64,000 nucleotides of DNA from Octopus vulgaris (lineage: Eukaryota): the NCBI GenBank assembly GCA_951406725.2, contig OX597819.1, positions 16,492,001-16,556,000 on the forward strand, written 5' to 3'. Both the position numbers and the translations under genes were made by a program. Of this stretch, positions 1 through 13,072 are shown one piece after another. The notes under the pieces were generated by a model that saw only the letters and a program-made list of their open reading frames with translations, had not been told where the DNA came from and searched no databases. The number at the start of each line of letters is the position of its first letter. Positions within the stretch are counted from its first letter, which is position 1.

Positions 1-151
1 GATAGCTATGTTACACAGCCATGAAGACTAAGGAAAATGGTGTGATGTGTCTTGCCCAAGGTCTTGTGCTATCTAACACCCACGCTTCATAATTCAGTGC
101 TCATAATATCATACACCTGACACGATGAGGTTGATTATTAATTCAACTTAC

Positions 152-340
152 CTGATCAAGAAGTAATGCACAAACACACCAACAACCACCCAGATCAGGA
201 TTCCAAACAAAATGTAGGAGTTTGGTTGTCGTCTTAAACCTTTAATGCTGTAGTATGGGCGGTCCTTAAATTCCTGGTCTTTTGACTTGTTTCTCATATG
301 CCAGATGGTTTCATCCCAAAATATTCGCTCATCAGATTCT
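152..340 (-). CDS. DNAJC4: DNAJC4-like, exon with transmembrane segment (gene continues left of the window)
   Basis: Acceptor taattccag, donor gtaagt, phase matches the previous exon. ESDERIFWDETIWHMR...PYYSIKGLRRQPNSYILFGILIWVVVGVFVHYFLI ends in a hydrophobic helix, matching the J-domain + TM layout of DNAJC4/DnaJ-60. Confidence 0.82.
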
Positions 341-737
341 CTGGAATTACAAAAAGAGAGATTGTGTGAGAGAGAAAGAAAAACAGAGTGAGAGGAGGGG
401 GGTCGTATCGTCCCTTTCTCCCAGAAACAGGAAACGCTTCTATAGCAGACAGATAGAGGCAAAGATTAACAAATCATATCACCTGTGCATATAGTGGCCA
501 ATGAGAGTGGTTCTGCCAGTCACAAGACCTGTTAAAACAGCATCTAAGCCAGTCAAATGCTTTGTAAAGCAGCAGCCAATGACAGCACATTTATATTTGT
601 CTATAGATGCAGGTATGGTCACATGGGTTTGGAGTCAAAGCCACTGTGTGTGGTACCTTCAACAAGTGTCTCCTACTATATCCCAGGGCCAATTAAAGCC
701 TTATTAGAAAATCTGGTAGATGGAAACTGAAAGAAGT

Positions 738-829
<92 letters not shown>

Positions 830-1130
830 CCCACCATCCGAGCGTGGCCGTCTGCCAGCCTCGTCTGGCACCTGTGTCGGTGGCACATAAAAAAACACCA
901 TCCGAGCATGGCCGATCGCCAGCCTCGTCTGGCACCTGTGTCGGTGGCACATAAAATCACCCACTACACTCTCGGAGTGGTTGGCGTTAGGAAGGGCATC
1001 CAGCTGTAGAAACACTGTCAGATCTGACTGGCCTGGTGCAGCCTTCGGGCTCCCCAGACCCCAGCTGAACCGTCCAACCCATGCTAGCATGGAAAGCGGA
1101 CGTTAAACGATGATGATGATGATGATGATG

Positions 1131-1131
<1 letters not shown>
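830..1131 (+). mobile_element. Non-autonomous retroelement with ~60-bp internal tandem units and RTE-type (GAT)n tail
   Basis: Units ...ggtggcacataaaaaacaccatccg... followed by ggagtggttggcgttaggaagggcatccagc...gcatggaaagcggacgttaaac(gat)n. Related copies at ~2390-2770 (-) and 3695-4062 (+). Confidence 0.7.
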
Positions 1132-1210
<79 letters not shown>

Positions 1211-1433
1211 TCTATATGTGGCTGAAGATTGCTCTTCATTTTAAAACTGATGTAATACTTACATTGTTTAATAAAATGAAGTAGCATGGAACGATTGTAC
1301 TACACTACCTTGGATATCCTTGTTGCTTATTTTGAGTATAAGCACCCCATTTGATTTATATGGATAAAACCATACCAAATTCTGGTGCCTTTAACTTAAA
1401 TACCATATTCATCTGAATCAAAATTTTGCTGAA

Positions 1434-1481
<48 letters not shown>

Positions 1482-1483
<2 letters not shown>

Positions 1484-1746
1484 CCAGCTCTGTCTGGCAA
1501 CCGTGTCGGTGGCACGTAAAAGCACCATCCGTTCGCGTCCGTTGCCAGCCTCGGCTGGCCCCGTGCCGGTGACACGTAAAAGCACCGTCCGTTCGTGGCC
1601 TGCCAGCTCTGTCTGGCCCCGTGTCAGTGGCACGTAAAAGCACCATCCGTTCGTGTCCGTTGCCAGCATCGCCTGGCCCCGTGCCGGTGACACGTAAAAG
1701 CACCATCCGTTCGTGGCCGTTCGCCAGCTCTGTCTGGCACCTGTGC

Positions 1747-1748
<2 letters not shown>
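1482..1748 (+). repeat. ~59-60-bp tandem repeat (about 4.5 units) between (AT)n tracts
   Basis: Repeated tgccagctctgtctggc.ccgtg.cggtggcacgtaaaagcaccatccgttcg; the same unit occurs in the element at 830-1131. Confidence 0.85.
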
Positions 1749-1816
<68 letters not shown>

Positions 1817-2899
1817 ATATATATGGATAATAAACTATGCCTGCGAAGACCTGTTGAGGCAAGTGAAATTGCTGTTGCGGCCGATGACAGTACCACATGA
1901 TTGGCACCCGTGCCAGTGGAATGTTAAAAGCACCGTTCGAGCATGATTGTTGTCATGGCTGCTGACTGGCACCTGTGCCAGTGGCATGTAAAAAAAGCAC
2001 GATTCAAGCATGGTCATTGCTAGTGCCACTGGACTGGCTCCTGTGCAGGTGGCATGTAGAAAACACCATTCGAGCCTGGCTAATGCCAGTACTGCCTGAC
2101 TGGCCCTCGTGCTGGTGGTACGTAAAAGCACCAACTACACTCTCAGAGTGGTTGGCCCAATGTTCCAAGATCATGCTTCACCACCTTGTCCCATGTCTTC
2201 CTGGGTCTACCTCTTCCACACACACACACACACATATATATACACAATGATATACATATATATTTCCATCTATATATATCATCATCTAGTTTAACGTCTA
2301 CCATATATATATATATATATATATACATACATATATATGTATTTTTGTATGTGTGTGTGTATGTATATATATATATATATATCATTGCTTAACGTCCGTT
2401 TTCCATGCTGGCATGGGTTGGACAGTTTGATTGAGGACTGGCAAGCCAGTAGGCTGCACCAGGCTCCAATCTGATCTGGTAAAGTTTCTACAACTGGATG
2501 CCCTTCCTAATGCCAACCACTCCAAAAGTGTACTGGGTGCCTTTTGCATGCCACTGGCATGGGAACCAGTCAGGCAGGCCTGGCATTGATCACATTTGGA
2601 TAGTGCTTCTTACATGCCACTGGGGCGGCACTGGCATTGACCATATTCAGATGGTGCTTTTTACATGCCACCAGCATGGGGAGCCAGTCAGGCGGCACTG
2701 GTATTTATCCAGGCTTGAATGTTTATTATGGTGCTTATAATGTGCCACCGGCACAGGTGCCAGTTGGGTGGCACTGGCATCAGCCATGGCTACAATATCA
2801 CTTGATTCAACAGGTCTTCTCAAGCACACCCAATGATTCAAGGGTACTTTTAAATGGACAGGTTATGTGACACTGGTATTGGCTACGGCTGCGATCTCA

Positions 2900-3335
2900 C
2901 ATTACTTGCTTGGTCTTCTCAATCACAGCATATCACCAACGATCTTGGTCTCTTGTCATTGCCTCTGTGAGGCGCAATGTTTGAAGGTCATGCTTCACCA
3001 CCTCATCCCATGTCTTCCCAGGTTTACCTCTTCCACAGGTTCCCTCCACTGTTAGGGTGTGACACTTCTTCACACAGCTGTCCTCATCCATATGCAGCAC
3101 ATGACCATTCCAGTGCAGTCATCTCTCTTGCACACCACATCTGATGCTTCTTATGTCCAACTTTTCTCTCAGGGCACTTACACCCTGTCATGTATGCACA
3201 CTGACATTACACATCCAGTGGATCATAATAGCTTCATTTCTTTCAAGCCTACACATGTCCTCAGCAGTCATGGCCCATGTTTCACTGCCGCGTAGCATGA
3301 CAATTTGCACACATGCATCATAGTCTACCTTTCAC
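2900..3335 (-). mobile_element. RTE-clade LINE, degenerate 3' end of ORF
   Basis: Minus-strand translation with stops: ...GSETWAMTAEDMCRLERNEA...WMCNVSV...LREKLDIRSIRCGVQER...GHVLHMDEDSCVKKCHTLTVEGTCGRGKPGKTWDEVVKHDL, typical of the RTE C-terminus. Confidence 0.85.
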
Positions 3336-3694
3336 TAGGTGTGTGTGTGTTGATGGCCTGACATTGTATAACTGATGTAAATGAATGTCACTTATTTTCA
3401 ACTGTTTGCCAGAACATGTCTGGCCATGAGGAAATACTTTGCCTGGAAACAGCTAAGGGTTGGTGACAGGAGAGGCATCTGACTGTAGAAAGTCTGCTTC
3501 AATGAACTCTGATCCACCTTTGTAAGCATGAGATAGAGGACACTAAAACAATGATGAATGATGCTGGTAGAGCCATGTGTGAAGTGGCTGAGACCATTCT
3601 TCTAGGATATTTGAGGCTAGAGATGGTAAAAGGTAAATTATACAGGGATCCAAAATCGAAGTCGATCAACATCAATGGAAATTGCAGCTGTGAT

Positions 3695-4062
3695 ACCAGT
3701 GCCGGTGGCACGTAAGCAAACCATCCGATCAAGGCCGTGGCCAGCGCTGCCCCGACTGGCTTCCGTGCCGGTGGCACGTAAAAAGCACCATCCGATCGTG
3801 GCCGTTGCCAGCCTTGCCCCGTGCCGGTGGCACATAAAAAGCACTATCCGACCGTGGCCGTTTGCCAGCCCCATCTGGCACATAAAAAGCACCCACTACA
3901 CTCACGGAGTGGTTCGCGTTAGGAAGGGCATCCAGCCGTAGAAACACTACCAGATCAGACTGGGCCTGATGCAGCCTTCTGGCTTCACATACCCCAGTTG
4001 AACCGTCCAACCCATGCTAGCATGGAAAGCGGACACTAAATGATGATGATGATGATGATGAT
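3695..4062 (+). mobile_element. Second copy of the 60-bp-unit/(GAT)n-tailed non-autonomous retroelement
   Basis: Same units and 3' tail as 830-1131. Confidence 0.7.
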
Positions 4063-5177
4063 CACAAACCTGATCTGAATGTCTGCAACAGAGTAGCTCC
4101 TTCTAAATGTGCCCAGGGATCAGGGGATAGCACTAAAGGTTATGATTTAGTAGAAGAGCAATCACAAAGGGCTTTTAAGTCACCTGACCAACTATTAGAG
4201 TAGCCAATGGGGAAGCTTCTAAACCAGTCACATGATCTTTGGAAAAAAGCTGCCTGTGAAGACACCTCTTAAGACTGTCAATTGGTCACATGATCTCATA
4301 CAATAGACACTAAGAGGAGGGGAGAGGAGAGAGAGGGGAGGGAGAGGAGAAAAAGAAGTTTATTTCTGGGGTAAAAAAGAAACTAAGCTGAAGCAAGGGT
4401 TATTGTTGTTGTTGTTGTTTAATTCAATCAAACCAATGATGAAATACATCTCTGGCTGCTATTTCTAGTAGGTCCAGCAACCAGCTAAATATTCAATCAT
4501 TGACTCATAGAGTTGTGCTATCGTTATGAGACATGGTGCAGTGGTGCTGTGGCGTGTGGTAGTGGAAGACATAGTACAGTGGCATAGTTTGGTGACGAGA
4601 GTAGAGAGAGAGAGAGAGAGGGAGAAGAGAGAGAGAGAGAGAGTATGTGTGTGTGTGTGTGTGTGTGTGCAGTGTTTTGAATAGATCTACATCAGATTTT
4701 GTCCAATGGATGTAGAAAAATAAGACATTCCAGCCATGATCACCCAGTGATTTTATCCAGACAAAGAGTATCTAGGCCTACATTATTCAGTTTGTTCATT
4801 TTTGTTTTCACAATGGTGTGGTAGTGTATGACAGAGTAGAGGTGGTGGTGTGGTGGCAATGGTAATAGTGATGGTGGTGGTGGTAGTGTTAGACAGTGAA
4901 AGGCTGTGATGAATTAGGATGGTGGCTGGCTCCAGATGGTTAGATAACACTGACAGTAACATCAGAAACATTTTAGGGGAAACATTTCTATGGCATGCAG
5001 TGAGTGTGTGTGATGAATGTGTGTGTGTGTGTATATGATGGATGTGCGTACGTGTGTGTGTGTTGGTATGGGTTTGTGTAGATATAGATGTGTTTATGTA
5101 TATGAGGCTATTTACATATGTGGATACAAATATATAAGTGTGTGTGTAAATATATAAACATACACAAGCATAAACAT

Positions 5178-5237
<60 letters not shown>

Positions 5238-5823
5238 TCACATATATATATATGTTGTATTGTCATCATCATCATCAGTTAACATCTTGTTTTTCATGCT
5301 AGCATGGGTTACACACACATATACATATTTACACACACTTTTACACACACACACATGTGAGTGAATTTGAGAGATGCAACGTGAAAGATGCAAATAGTAT
5401 ATATAAATATATACTTATGCATATATGTATACATGTGTGTGTGTGAGTGAGTGAGTGTGTGTGTGTGTGTGTGAGTGTGTGTGTGTGTGTGAGTGTGTGT
5501 GTGTGAGTGTGTGTGTGAGTGTGTGTGTGTGTGAGTGAGTGAGAGTGTGTGTGTGTGTGTGTGTGTTTTTCCTTGTCTTTGAAAACAAAAGTTACTATCA
5601 TAGAAGAAATGCTGTTTGTTTGCAATCTTTACCCCAACCATTGATCTGTTTGATGTCTCACAGGACAAAAGGAAACATCCTTTTAACTGAAAACGGGTGA
5701 GGGTTAATGGCAGGGAGAGCACCCATGGAAAATCTGACTCATTAAAAGTTCATCTGATCCAAAAGTGGACTTTAAAACAATCATGGTGATAATGATGATG
5801 ATGTGTGTGTATGTGTACATATA

Positions 5824-6339
5824 TGAGGGGGCGCTGAAAAGTTCCTGGCTTTAAGGGTATTGCGAAAGACCAAGCTGGAGGCCAAACCTTCCAAGTTCTT
5901 TTAGAGGTCTTAGAAAAACTGAAGGACCACTGCAATAAGTGTGTGAATCTGAGAGAGGAATATCTTTATATATAAAAATGAAGTTGTGTGTCTGTCTCCT
6001 ATGATTTAGATTCCTAACTACTCCCACATTTTGCGGTGCAGTTTAACCAAATTCGGGTATCTTATAGTTGTGATTCATATCGAGCCCTTCTGGGTATTAG
6101 CGTGCGTCTACGATGAGTCTACGATTTAAAAAAAAATTTACCATCATTTTTTCCCATTTTCAATGCATTTTTTTGCTATCATATAAGGGAAGTAATTCTA
6201 TAAAAATGTTTATATAGTTATTTCCCTTACAAACCCGAGCAACGCCGGGCGATACAGCTAGTGTTGAATAAAATCATAATCAACTGATCCTCCTGTATTT
6301 TTTTTTACCCAAAGGCAGGAACTTTCCATCAGCCCTTCA
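5824..6339. mobile_element. Mariner-derived MITE interrupted by a Helitron
   Basis: TA|TGAGGGGGCGCTGAAAAGTTCCTG ... CAGGAACTTTCCATCAGCCCTTCA|TA imperfect TIRs with TA flanks. Confidence 0.7.
5963..6261 (+). mobile_element. Non-autonomous Helitron, copy 1
   Basis: 5' A|TC terminus, 3' CCCGAGCAACGCCGGG hairpin then CTAG|T, no TSD. Removing it restores ...gaggaata|tgttgaataaaat in the MITE. Confidence 0.85.
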
Positions 6340-7687
6340 TATACATATATACATGCTGTCCAACCTGTGCTCTTCTGTCCAACCTGTGCTAGCACGGGAA
6401 ACGGACGTTAAACGATGATGATGATGATATATCTGTACATATCTTGGTCATGTTACCATGTGGATGCACTATAACACCTCACCAAATTTACAAATGTTCT
6501 ACCCCTACTCTTACCTCTGCCATCTGCCAATGTAAAACATGAGGCAGTCATGAATCTCCCCCACAAACGGTAAACCTGTCCCTGCATACCTCACATCATA
6601 TTTCCATATCTTAACCTCTGACCGCTTTGTTTAAAACATGCAGCTTATCTCTTGTTCTCCCTCTCAGTTGAGTGGAGGGAGACTCTTCAGTTTTGCAAGA
6701 TACACGATGACTTCATTAATGCTGGTACCACAGAAAAGCATCAAGAACATTCTGTAAAGTGGTTGACACTAGGAAGGGCAACCAGCCATAGACATCATGC
6801 CAAATCTATGACACTGGAGCAACAAACCATCCTCTGATTCTGTCAGCCCATGCTAGGACAGAAAGTAGACATAAAATGACGATGATAATGTGAGAGTGTG
6901 TGTGTGCGCATTATCATTCTTGTCATTATCATCCAGGATGAATTTAGAGGTGCATGAATGGGTGGAGAAGCAGATGTTTGCCAGCAGAGATAAGCAGTCA
7001 AGACTTTGCAGTTTATTCTCTGAGAAAGGCCAAAGGAACCCTGAACATAATAAGAAAGAAAAGAAGAGTAGTAAGGAACAATGTAGGGGGCTGCTGAGAG
7101 GACATCTCCATGGCTCTGTTTATAAAGGTGACCAGTGGGGGCAGGGAAATGCCACTTGGATACAGACCTAGACTTGGTGCATCTTAGGTTGAGTCACCAG
7201 GATCTGGGATGAGGGTTGATGCTGTATAAAACTGGAAACACCCAGTGGCACCAGGATACAATACTGGTGATACATCCAGTTATCATGTCTATACATGCTG
7301 CATGTAAAACTATATATATATACACACACACACTCACACACACATGTATATATACACATACATATTTATCATCATCATCATTTTAACGTCTGCTTTTTCA
7401 TGTTTCCCTGGATCAGACGGAATTTGCTGAGGCAGGGTTTCTACAGCTGGATGCTTTTCCTGTCACCAACCTTCACCTGTTTCCAAGAAAGGTGATATTT
7501 CCCCAGGGTCAGACATGTCTTCACTAAAGACTGGAAATGAACTATGCTTATTTACATCTATCACATGATGTCAAGACAAGGACAGACAGACACACACACA
7601 TACACACACCACTGGCAGATAGACAGACACACAGACAGATGAATATAGAGCTGGAGGCGAAGAGAAATTCAAGAAAGGAGAACTTAC

Positions 7688-7902
7688 GACTGATCAAATC
7701 CGACCCCGGGATGATATGATCCACTGGATGATGTGTGACTTGAACCCCTGCTTCGTTGCATCTTCTGTAGGTGTATGTAGTTAGCAAGGCTGTAGTCATA
7801 GTCACGTCGGGTGGACTCCTTACTTAGGGTGTTGTACGCCTCTATCAACTGGACAAACTTCTCATGGTTCTTGGGGTCATTCTGGTTGAGATCTGGGTGT
7901 AA
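7688..7902 (-). CDS. DNAJC4: DNAJC4-like, J-domain HPD exon
   Basis: Acceptor ctctccaccag, donor gtaagt; LHPDLNQNDPKNHEKFVQLIEAYNTLSKESTRRDYD contains the HPD motif and the EAY..LS....R..YD signature. Ends in phase 2. Confidence 0.92.
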
Positions 7903-8484
7903 CTGGTGGAGAGAGAGAGGTAAAGATAGAGGAAGACAGAGAGATGAAGTGAGACAGAGGGGAATAGGATGAGAGAGGTAATAAGAGATTAGTAGAGAGT
8001 GGTAAAGAAAGACAGAGAGTAGATAGAGAGAGGAAGGTAGAGAGAGAGGAGGATAGAGACAGAGAGTGATAAAAGGTGAATTAGAAAGAGACAGAGTGAA
8101 AGAAAGAAACTTAGAGAGAGAGAGAGACATGGCAACTAAGAGAGAAAAGGAAAAGGAGAAAGAATTGAAGAAGACTGATAGAAGCAGTGGTGATGATGAT
8201 GATGGTGGGGATGAGGCAATAGTGATGGGGATGGAGATGGCAGTTGTGATGATGACAATGATAGTGATAATGATGATGGTGGGTGGGGCTATTGATGTTG
8301 ATGATGATGATGATGGTAGCAGTGATGGTGATGATAATGATGATGACTGTGACAATATAAACAAACATACAACATTTATCAAACGAATGACATCAACAAA
8401 ATGTCTGCAAGGTGAGGAGTTGGGCAGCAAATGTCTGCTTGACAGGGTACAAAATACTCAACATTCTGGGAAAGAAAGATTTAC

Positions 8485-8584
8485 CTCTTTAGATTTCAGA
8501 ATATATGCTGATCTAATCTCTGGGAAACTGGCATTTCTATCCACCTCCAGAACATCATAGTGGGTACGTTTGGTATGCAAGAAC
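8485..8584 (-). CDS. DNAJC4: DNAJC4-like, J-domain helices I-II exon
   Basis: Acceptor gttgtcag, donor gtaaat; translates FLHTKRTHYDVLEVDRNASFPEIRSAYILKSKE, a typical J-domain start. Confidence 0.9.
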
Positions 8585-9007
8585 CTGACAACAATAAACA
8601 ACAGAGTAAAAGAGGAAGGATAACAGTTATGTTTGACGACACAGCACTTGAGATACAATACGTAACATTAGAAAATAATTTTATAGCAAGAAAACTCTCT
8701 GTGCTGATATAACTTATCATTTAAGCACATATTTATGTCAAGCCAATGAGGAAATCTCTATGTGGTTGGCCAAACTGCCAGAAATAGCAGCAAAACCTCT
8801 TACAAACCAGAAAATGGTGATTTTTAAAAATCGAACAGTTGGACAATCTACTCTGAAAATGGAGGATAGATGGTCATGGTGTGAATGGCTTTGATCACAG
8901 CTCTACTCAAGCAAGTCTGACTTGGAGTTAAACAACTACATATCCCTGTCTATATGTCTGCCATTATCTACAAATAAAATCAGAGCATTAGAAATATACA
9001 CATACAG

Positions 9008-9054
<47 letters not shown>

Positions 9055-9193
9055 TATATATACATATATATACATATATATATACACATATATATATACA
9101 TATATATACACATATATATATACATATATATACACATATATATACACATATATACACATATATATACACATATATATACACACACACACATAC

Positions 9194-9247
<54 letters not shown>

Positions 9248-9997
9248 CACACACATAATGTGTACTATTATACTTTTCTGTTATTTGTAGTTTCAACACA
9301 AAATGTACTTCATTTGGTGAGATAAATATTTAATAAACACAGGATTTAAAAGTGAACGATAATAAGTTTCCTGCTTAGAGAGTACAGTAACTGGATGAAC
9401 TTTCATAGCATATTCTGTACTAACCTGCAATCTGCTATGCACAAATATAAACATGGCTGCTCTCTGAGAAAGAGGCAAAAGAGAGTTGTGTGCTATTGGC
9501 TCATTAGAATGGGAATTAATGGTTGGGTGGTTAATCCAACGGGTAAAGGCTAAAGTAAATAAGACTGCTTGTCTAATCCAGAGAAGGTGGCATTCTCCAG
9601 TTTGATAGTAGGTACTTATCACTATGCTTGCATTTTGTGAGAATCTCCATCTTGAATTTAGTACCTCTTAGATTTAAAAAGGATATAAGTTCTTTCAGCT
9701 ACACAAAGCCTGCATCTCCTTGATCCATTAACATATGGGATGATCAAGAAGCGTTTTCATGTCAACAGTGCTAGTGAGGTCACCATGTAGCTTGCATGAC
9801 CACAAACCCTGAGAGAAACAGCTTTATACATAGTGGATAAAGGCACTAGTTAATGCAGTGCAAACCACCTCGAAGTTCTGAGTTCAATTCCAGGCAAGGC
9901 ACTAAAGCGACTCACAAGACAACTGTAGTAGCTGGAATGTACACAGCCAAAATGTAGCGGAAAGTAACAACCAAGATGAGGACACCACACCAGCTAA

Positions 9998-10289
9998 TCT
10001 TTATATATAAAAGTGAAGTTGTGTGAGTGTCTGTCTCCTACGATTTAGATTCCTAACTACTCCCACATTTTGCAGTGCAGTTTAACCAAAAGCGGGTATC
10101 TTATAGTCGTGATTCATATCGAGCCCTTCTGAGTATTAGTGCGCGTCTACGATTTAAAAAAAAATTTACCAACATTTTTTTCCATTTTTAATGCATTTTT
10201 TTGCTATTATATAAGGGAAGTAACTCTCTAAAAATCCTTATAGAGTTATTTCCCTTACAAACCCGAGCAACGCCGGGTGATAGTGCTAG
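9998..10289 (+). mobile_element. Non-autonomous Helitron, copy 2
   Basis: Near-identical to 5963-6261; A|TC ... CCCG-hairpin CTAG|T. Confidence 0.85.
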
Positions 10290-10395
10290 TGCATAATATG
10301 AAGGACTAAAATATAAAAAATTGGGTCAGAGAAGGAGCAGTTTGAATCAATGTACATAGAATAACAGCAGCAGTAATATAAGAAGTATCACTTAC

Positions 10396-10481
10396 CAACA
10401 TGGAGTATACAATTGAAAGCATGATGGACGTTGTACAAATGCAGTAAACAACTTGGAGGCCGGACCCCTTATCATATACAT
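10396..10481 (-). CDS. DNAJC4: DnaJ (Hsp40) subfamily C protein, DNAJC4/DnaJ-60-like; first coding exon
   Basis: ATG at 10481 gives MYMIRGPASKLFTAFVQRPSCFQLYTPC (basic, acid-free, presequence-like). Acceptor ttgcag precedes 10504 and donor gtaagt follows 10396. Phase 2 joins the next exon in frame (TG|G = Trp). Confidence 0.7.
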
Positions 10482-10899
10482 CTCTCGACCATGTTAGATC
10501 ACAGCTGCAATGATATAAACATAAAAACAGTGACTGGTGCTTGTTAACCACTTTAACGTGGAGCCATTTTGCATTCTCTAATTGTAAATTTACTTAGAAT
10601 AAGAAAGAGAAGCATAAAGTTTCAATGGGGGCAGATTTATGGTCACTAATATTTATTTTCCAATAACTCTCTGAATATATGAGAAGATTGAAATTTTAAT
10701 GAATTATAAACCACTTGACTTATGTAATGCATGCATGCACACACACACACACATATATACTACAGAATGTACTGGGTACTTTTTTCGTGGCATCAGTACC
10801 AGTGAGGTTGTTTCCTGAAGAACACTGTACTGGCAGAAAGAATAAGTTAACAGTTATACTCAACTGAAATAGTAGAGTCAATAGTAGTTTAGTCATAAA

Positions 10900-11900
10900 A
10901 TTGGACTGAACTGAGAGAAACGGTGGCAGGTCATTCTTAACACTGGACTGGACAGCACTGACGAAAATGGTGGAAGGTCAGTCTTAATACTGGACTGAAC
11001 TGCACAGGCAGAAAGAGTGACAGGTCAATCTTAACACTGGACTGCACTGATAGAAACTGGGATAAATCAACCTTAATATTGGACTGGGCAGCATTGACAG
11101 AAACAGTTGAGGGTCAGTCTCAATATCAGAGTGATAGAAACAGTGATAGGTCAGTTTTAATATTGGACTGGACTGCATTGATGGAAATAGTGGAGGGTCA
11201 GTCTTAATACTGGACTGATAGAAACATTGGCAGGTCAGTTTTAATATTGGACTCAGTCTTAATATTCGACAGGACTGGACTGATGGAAAAAGTGGAGGGT
11301 CAGTCATAATATTGGACTGGACTGTAAAAGCAGAAAGAGTGATAGGTCAGTCTTAATACTGGACTGCACTGGCAGAAAGAGTGATAGGTCAGTCTTAGTA
11401 CTGGACTGCACTGGCAGAAAGAGTGATAGGTCAGTCTTAATACTGGACTGCACTGGCAGAAAGAGTGATAGGTCAGTCTTAATACTGGACTGCACTGGCA
11501 GAAAGAGTGATAGGTCAGTCTTAATACTGGACTGCACTGGCAGAAAGAGTGATAGGTCAGTCTTAATACTGGACTGCACTGGCAGAAAGAGTGATAGGTC
11601 AGTCTTAATACTGGACTGCACTGGCAGAAAGAGTGATAGGTCAGTCTTAATACTGGACTGCACTGGCAGAAAGAGTGATAGGTCAGTCTTAATATTGGAC
11701 GGGACTGCATTGGCTGAAACAGTGGCTGGTCAGTCTTAACACTGAACTGAACTGCATTAGCAGAAACAGTGGCAGGTCAATCTTAATCTTGGAATGGAAA
11801 CGATTGGTAGAAAGAATGGTAGGTCAGTCTTAATGCTGGGCTGGTAAAAACAGTAGGAGGTTAGCCTTTATGCTGCACTGGTCTTAACACTTGACTGGAC
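10900..11900. repeat. 42-bp minisatellite with homogeneous core and degenerate flanks
   Basis: Unit gtcttaatactggactgcactggcagaaagagtgataggtca, about 8 near-perfect copies at ~11350-11690, diverged copies on both sides. Confidence 0.95.
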
Positions 11901-12519
11901 TGTAATTGTAGATAGAATAGCAGAGAAGTCTTAATTAGAAGTTATAAACTTTTGTGTTCCCAATTCAAATCTAAACTCAGATCAACTTTGTCTTTCATCC
12001 TTCTAAGGTTCTTGTTATTTTTGTTTTCCTTTAAATCAACCCTGATCAAACAGACCCAGGGGTAAAAGCATTTCATGTATAACCATCTCATCTTTTATTT
12101 TTCGTTCTCATCCTTCTTTTTTCAAAACAACAAAAAGTAGCCTGAGGGAGATTAAGCTGGGTTTTTTTAATGAATACGTTGAGTAACCACATGAGACCCT
12201 CTTGTTGACTATAAGGTGGTGGTAGTAGTAGTAGTAGTAGTAGCTGTAGTAGTATGACTTCATAAATCAGGTTAGAGGTGACAATCTCTCTCTTTCTAAC
12301 GTATCCCTTCACCTCTCTTTGTCTCTCTATTTATATATCTGTCTGTCTACTTATCTATCAATCGATGCCAGCTCCCTCTCAGTGCCCCACTCTCTTCAAT
12401 CTTTCTCTCTTTCTGTCAGTCTGTCTCCCTCTCTCTGCAGAGGGAACACAGACACCCAAGAACTAGGTGATGCCTAACCAGCTATAAAGGTATCGTCATC
12501 ATCAACATCTATTAACTCT

Positions 12520-12914
12520 TACTCTTTTACTTGTTTCAGTCATTTGACTGCGGCCATGCTGGAGCACCGCCTTTAATTGAGCAAATCCACCCCGGGACTT
12601 ATTCTTTTGTAAGCCCAGTACTTATTCTATCGGTCTCTTTTGCCGAACCGCTAAGTAACGGGGACATAAACACACCAGCATCGGTTGTCAAGCAATGCTA
12701 GGGGACAAACACATACACACAAACACACACATGCATATATATATATATACGACAGGCTTCTTTCAGTTTCCGTCTACCAAATCCGCTCACAAGGCTTTGG
12801 TCGGCCCGAGGCTATAGTAGAAGAGACTTGTCCAAGGTGCCACGCAGTGGGACTGAACCCTGAACCATGTGGTTGGTAGACAAGCTACTTACCACACAGC
12901 CACTCCTGCGCCTA
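12520..12914 (-). mobile_element. tRNA-derived SINE (cephalopod family)
   Basis: Minus head aggcgcaggagtggctgtgtggtaag (A box) ... gggttcagtccc (B box), internal (AT/GT)n, 3' ...gcggtgctccagcatggccgcagtcaaatgactgaaacaagtaaaagag. Related copies at ~29125-29560, ~47640-47700 and ~59320-59480. Confidence 0.85.
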
Positions 12915-13072
12915 TTACTGTAGTAATGAAAAATGAAAATTAATCCACACCATTGATACTTTCTTCTCGCAGTTGTGATCTTATTTTGGGTGATTAACGT
13001 AATCCATTTCTGGGACTTGAGTGCCTGAGTGGAATTTGAACACAGAACCTTATAGAGCTGGAGTATATACTC

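Noticed and set aside
7903-8430. N-terminal part of the 248-aa ORF and the antisense 164-aa ORF
   Set aside because: Low-complexity intron sequence; only 7688-7902 is bounded by splice sites and encodes J-domain.
9825-9900. tRNA-like A/B boxes (also at other SINE heads)
   Set aside because: No complete cloverleaf or acceptor stem; these are decayed SINE heads. No tRNA gene is supportable in the window.
11300-11710. 14-aa repeat ORFs / possible CRISPR-like array
   Set aside because: Contiguous 42-bp tandem units with no unique spacers and no cas genes; eukaryotic intron.
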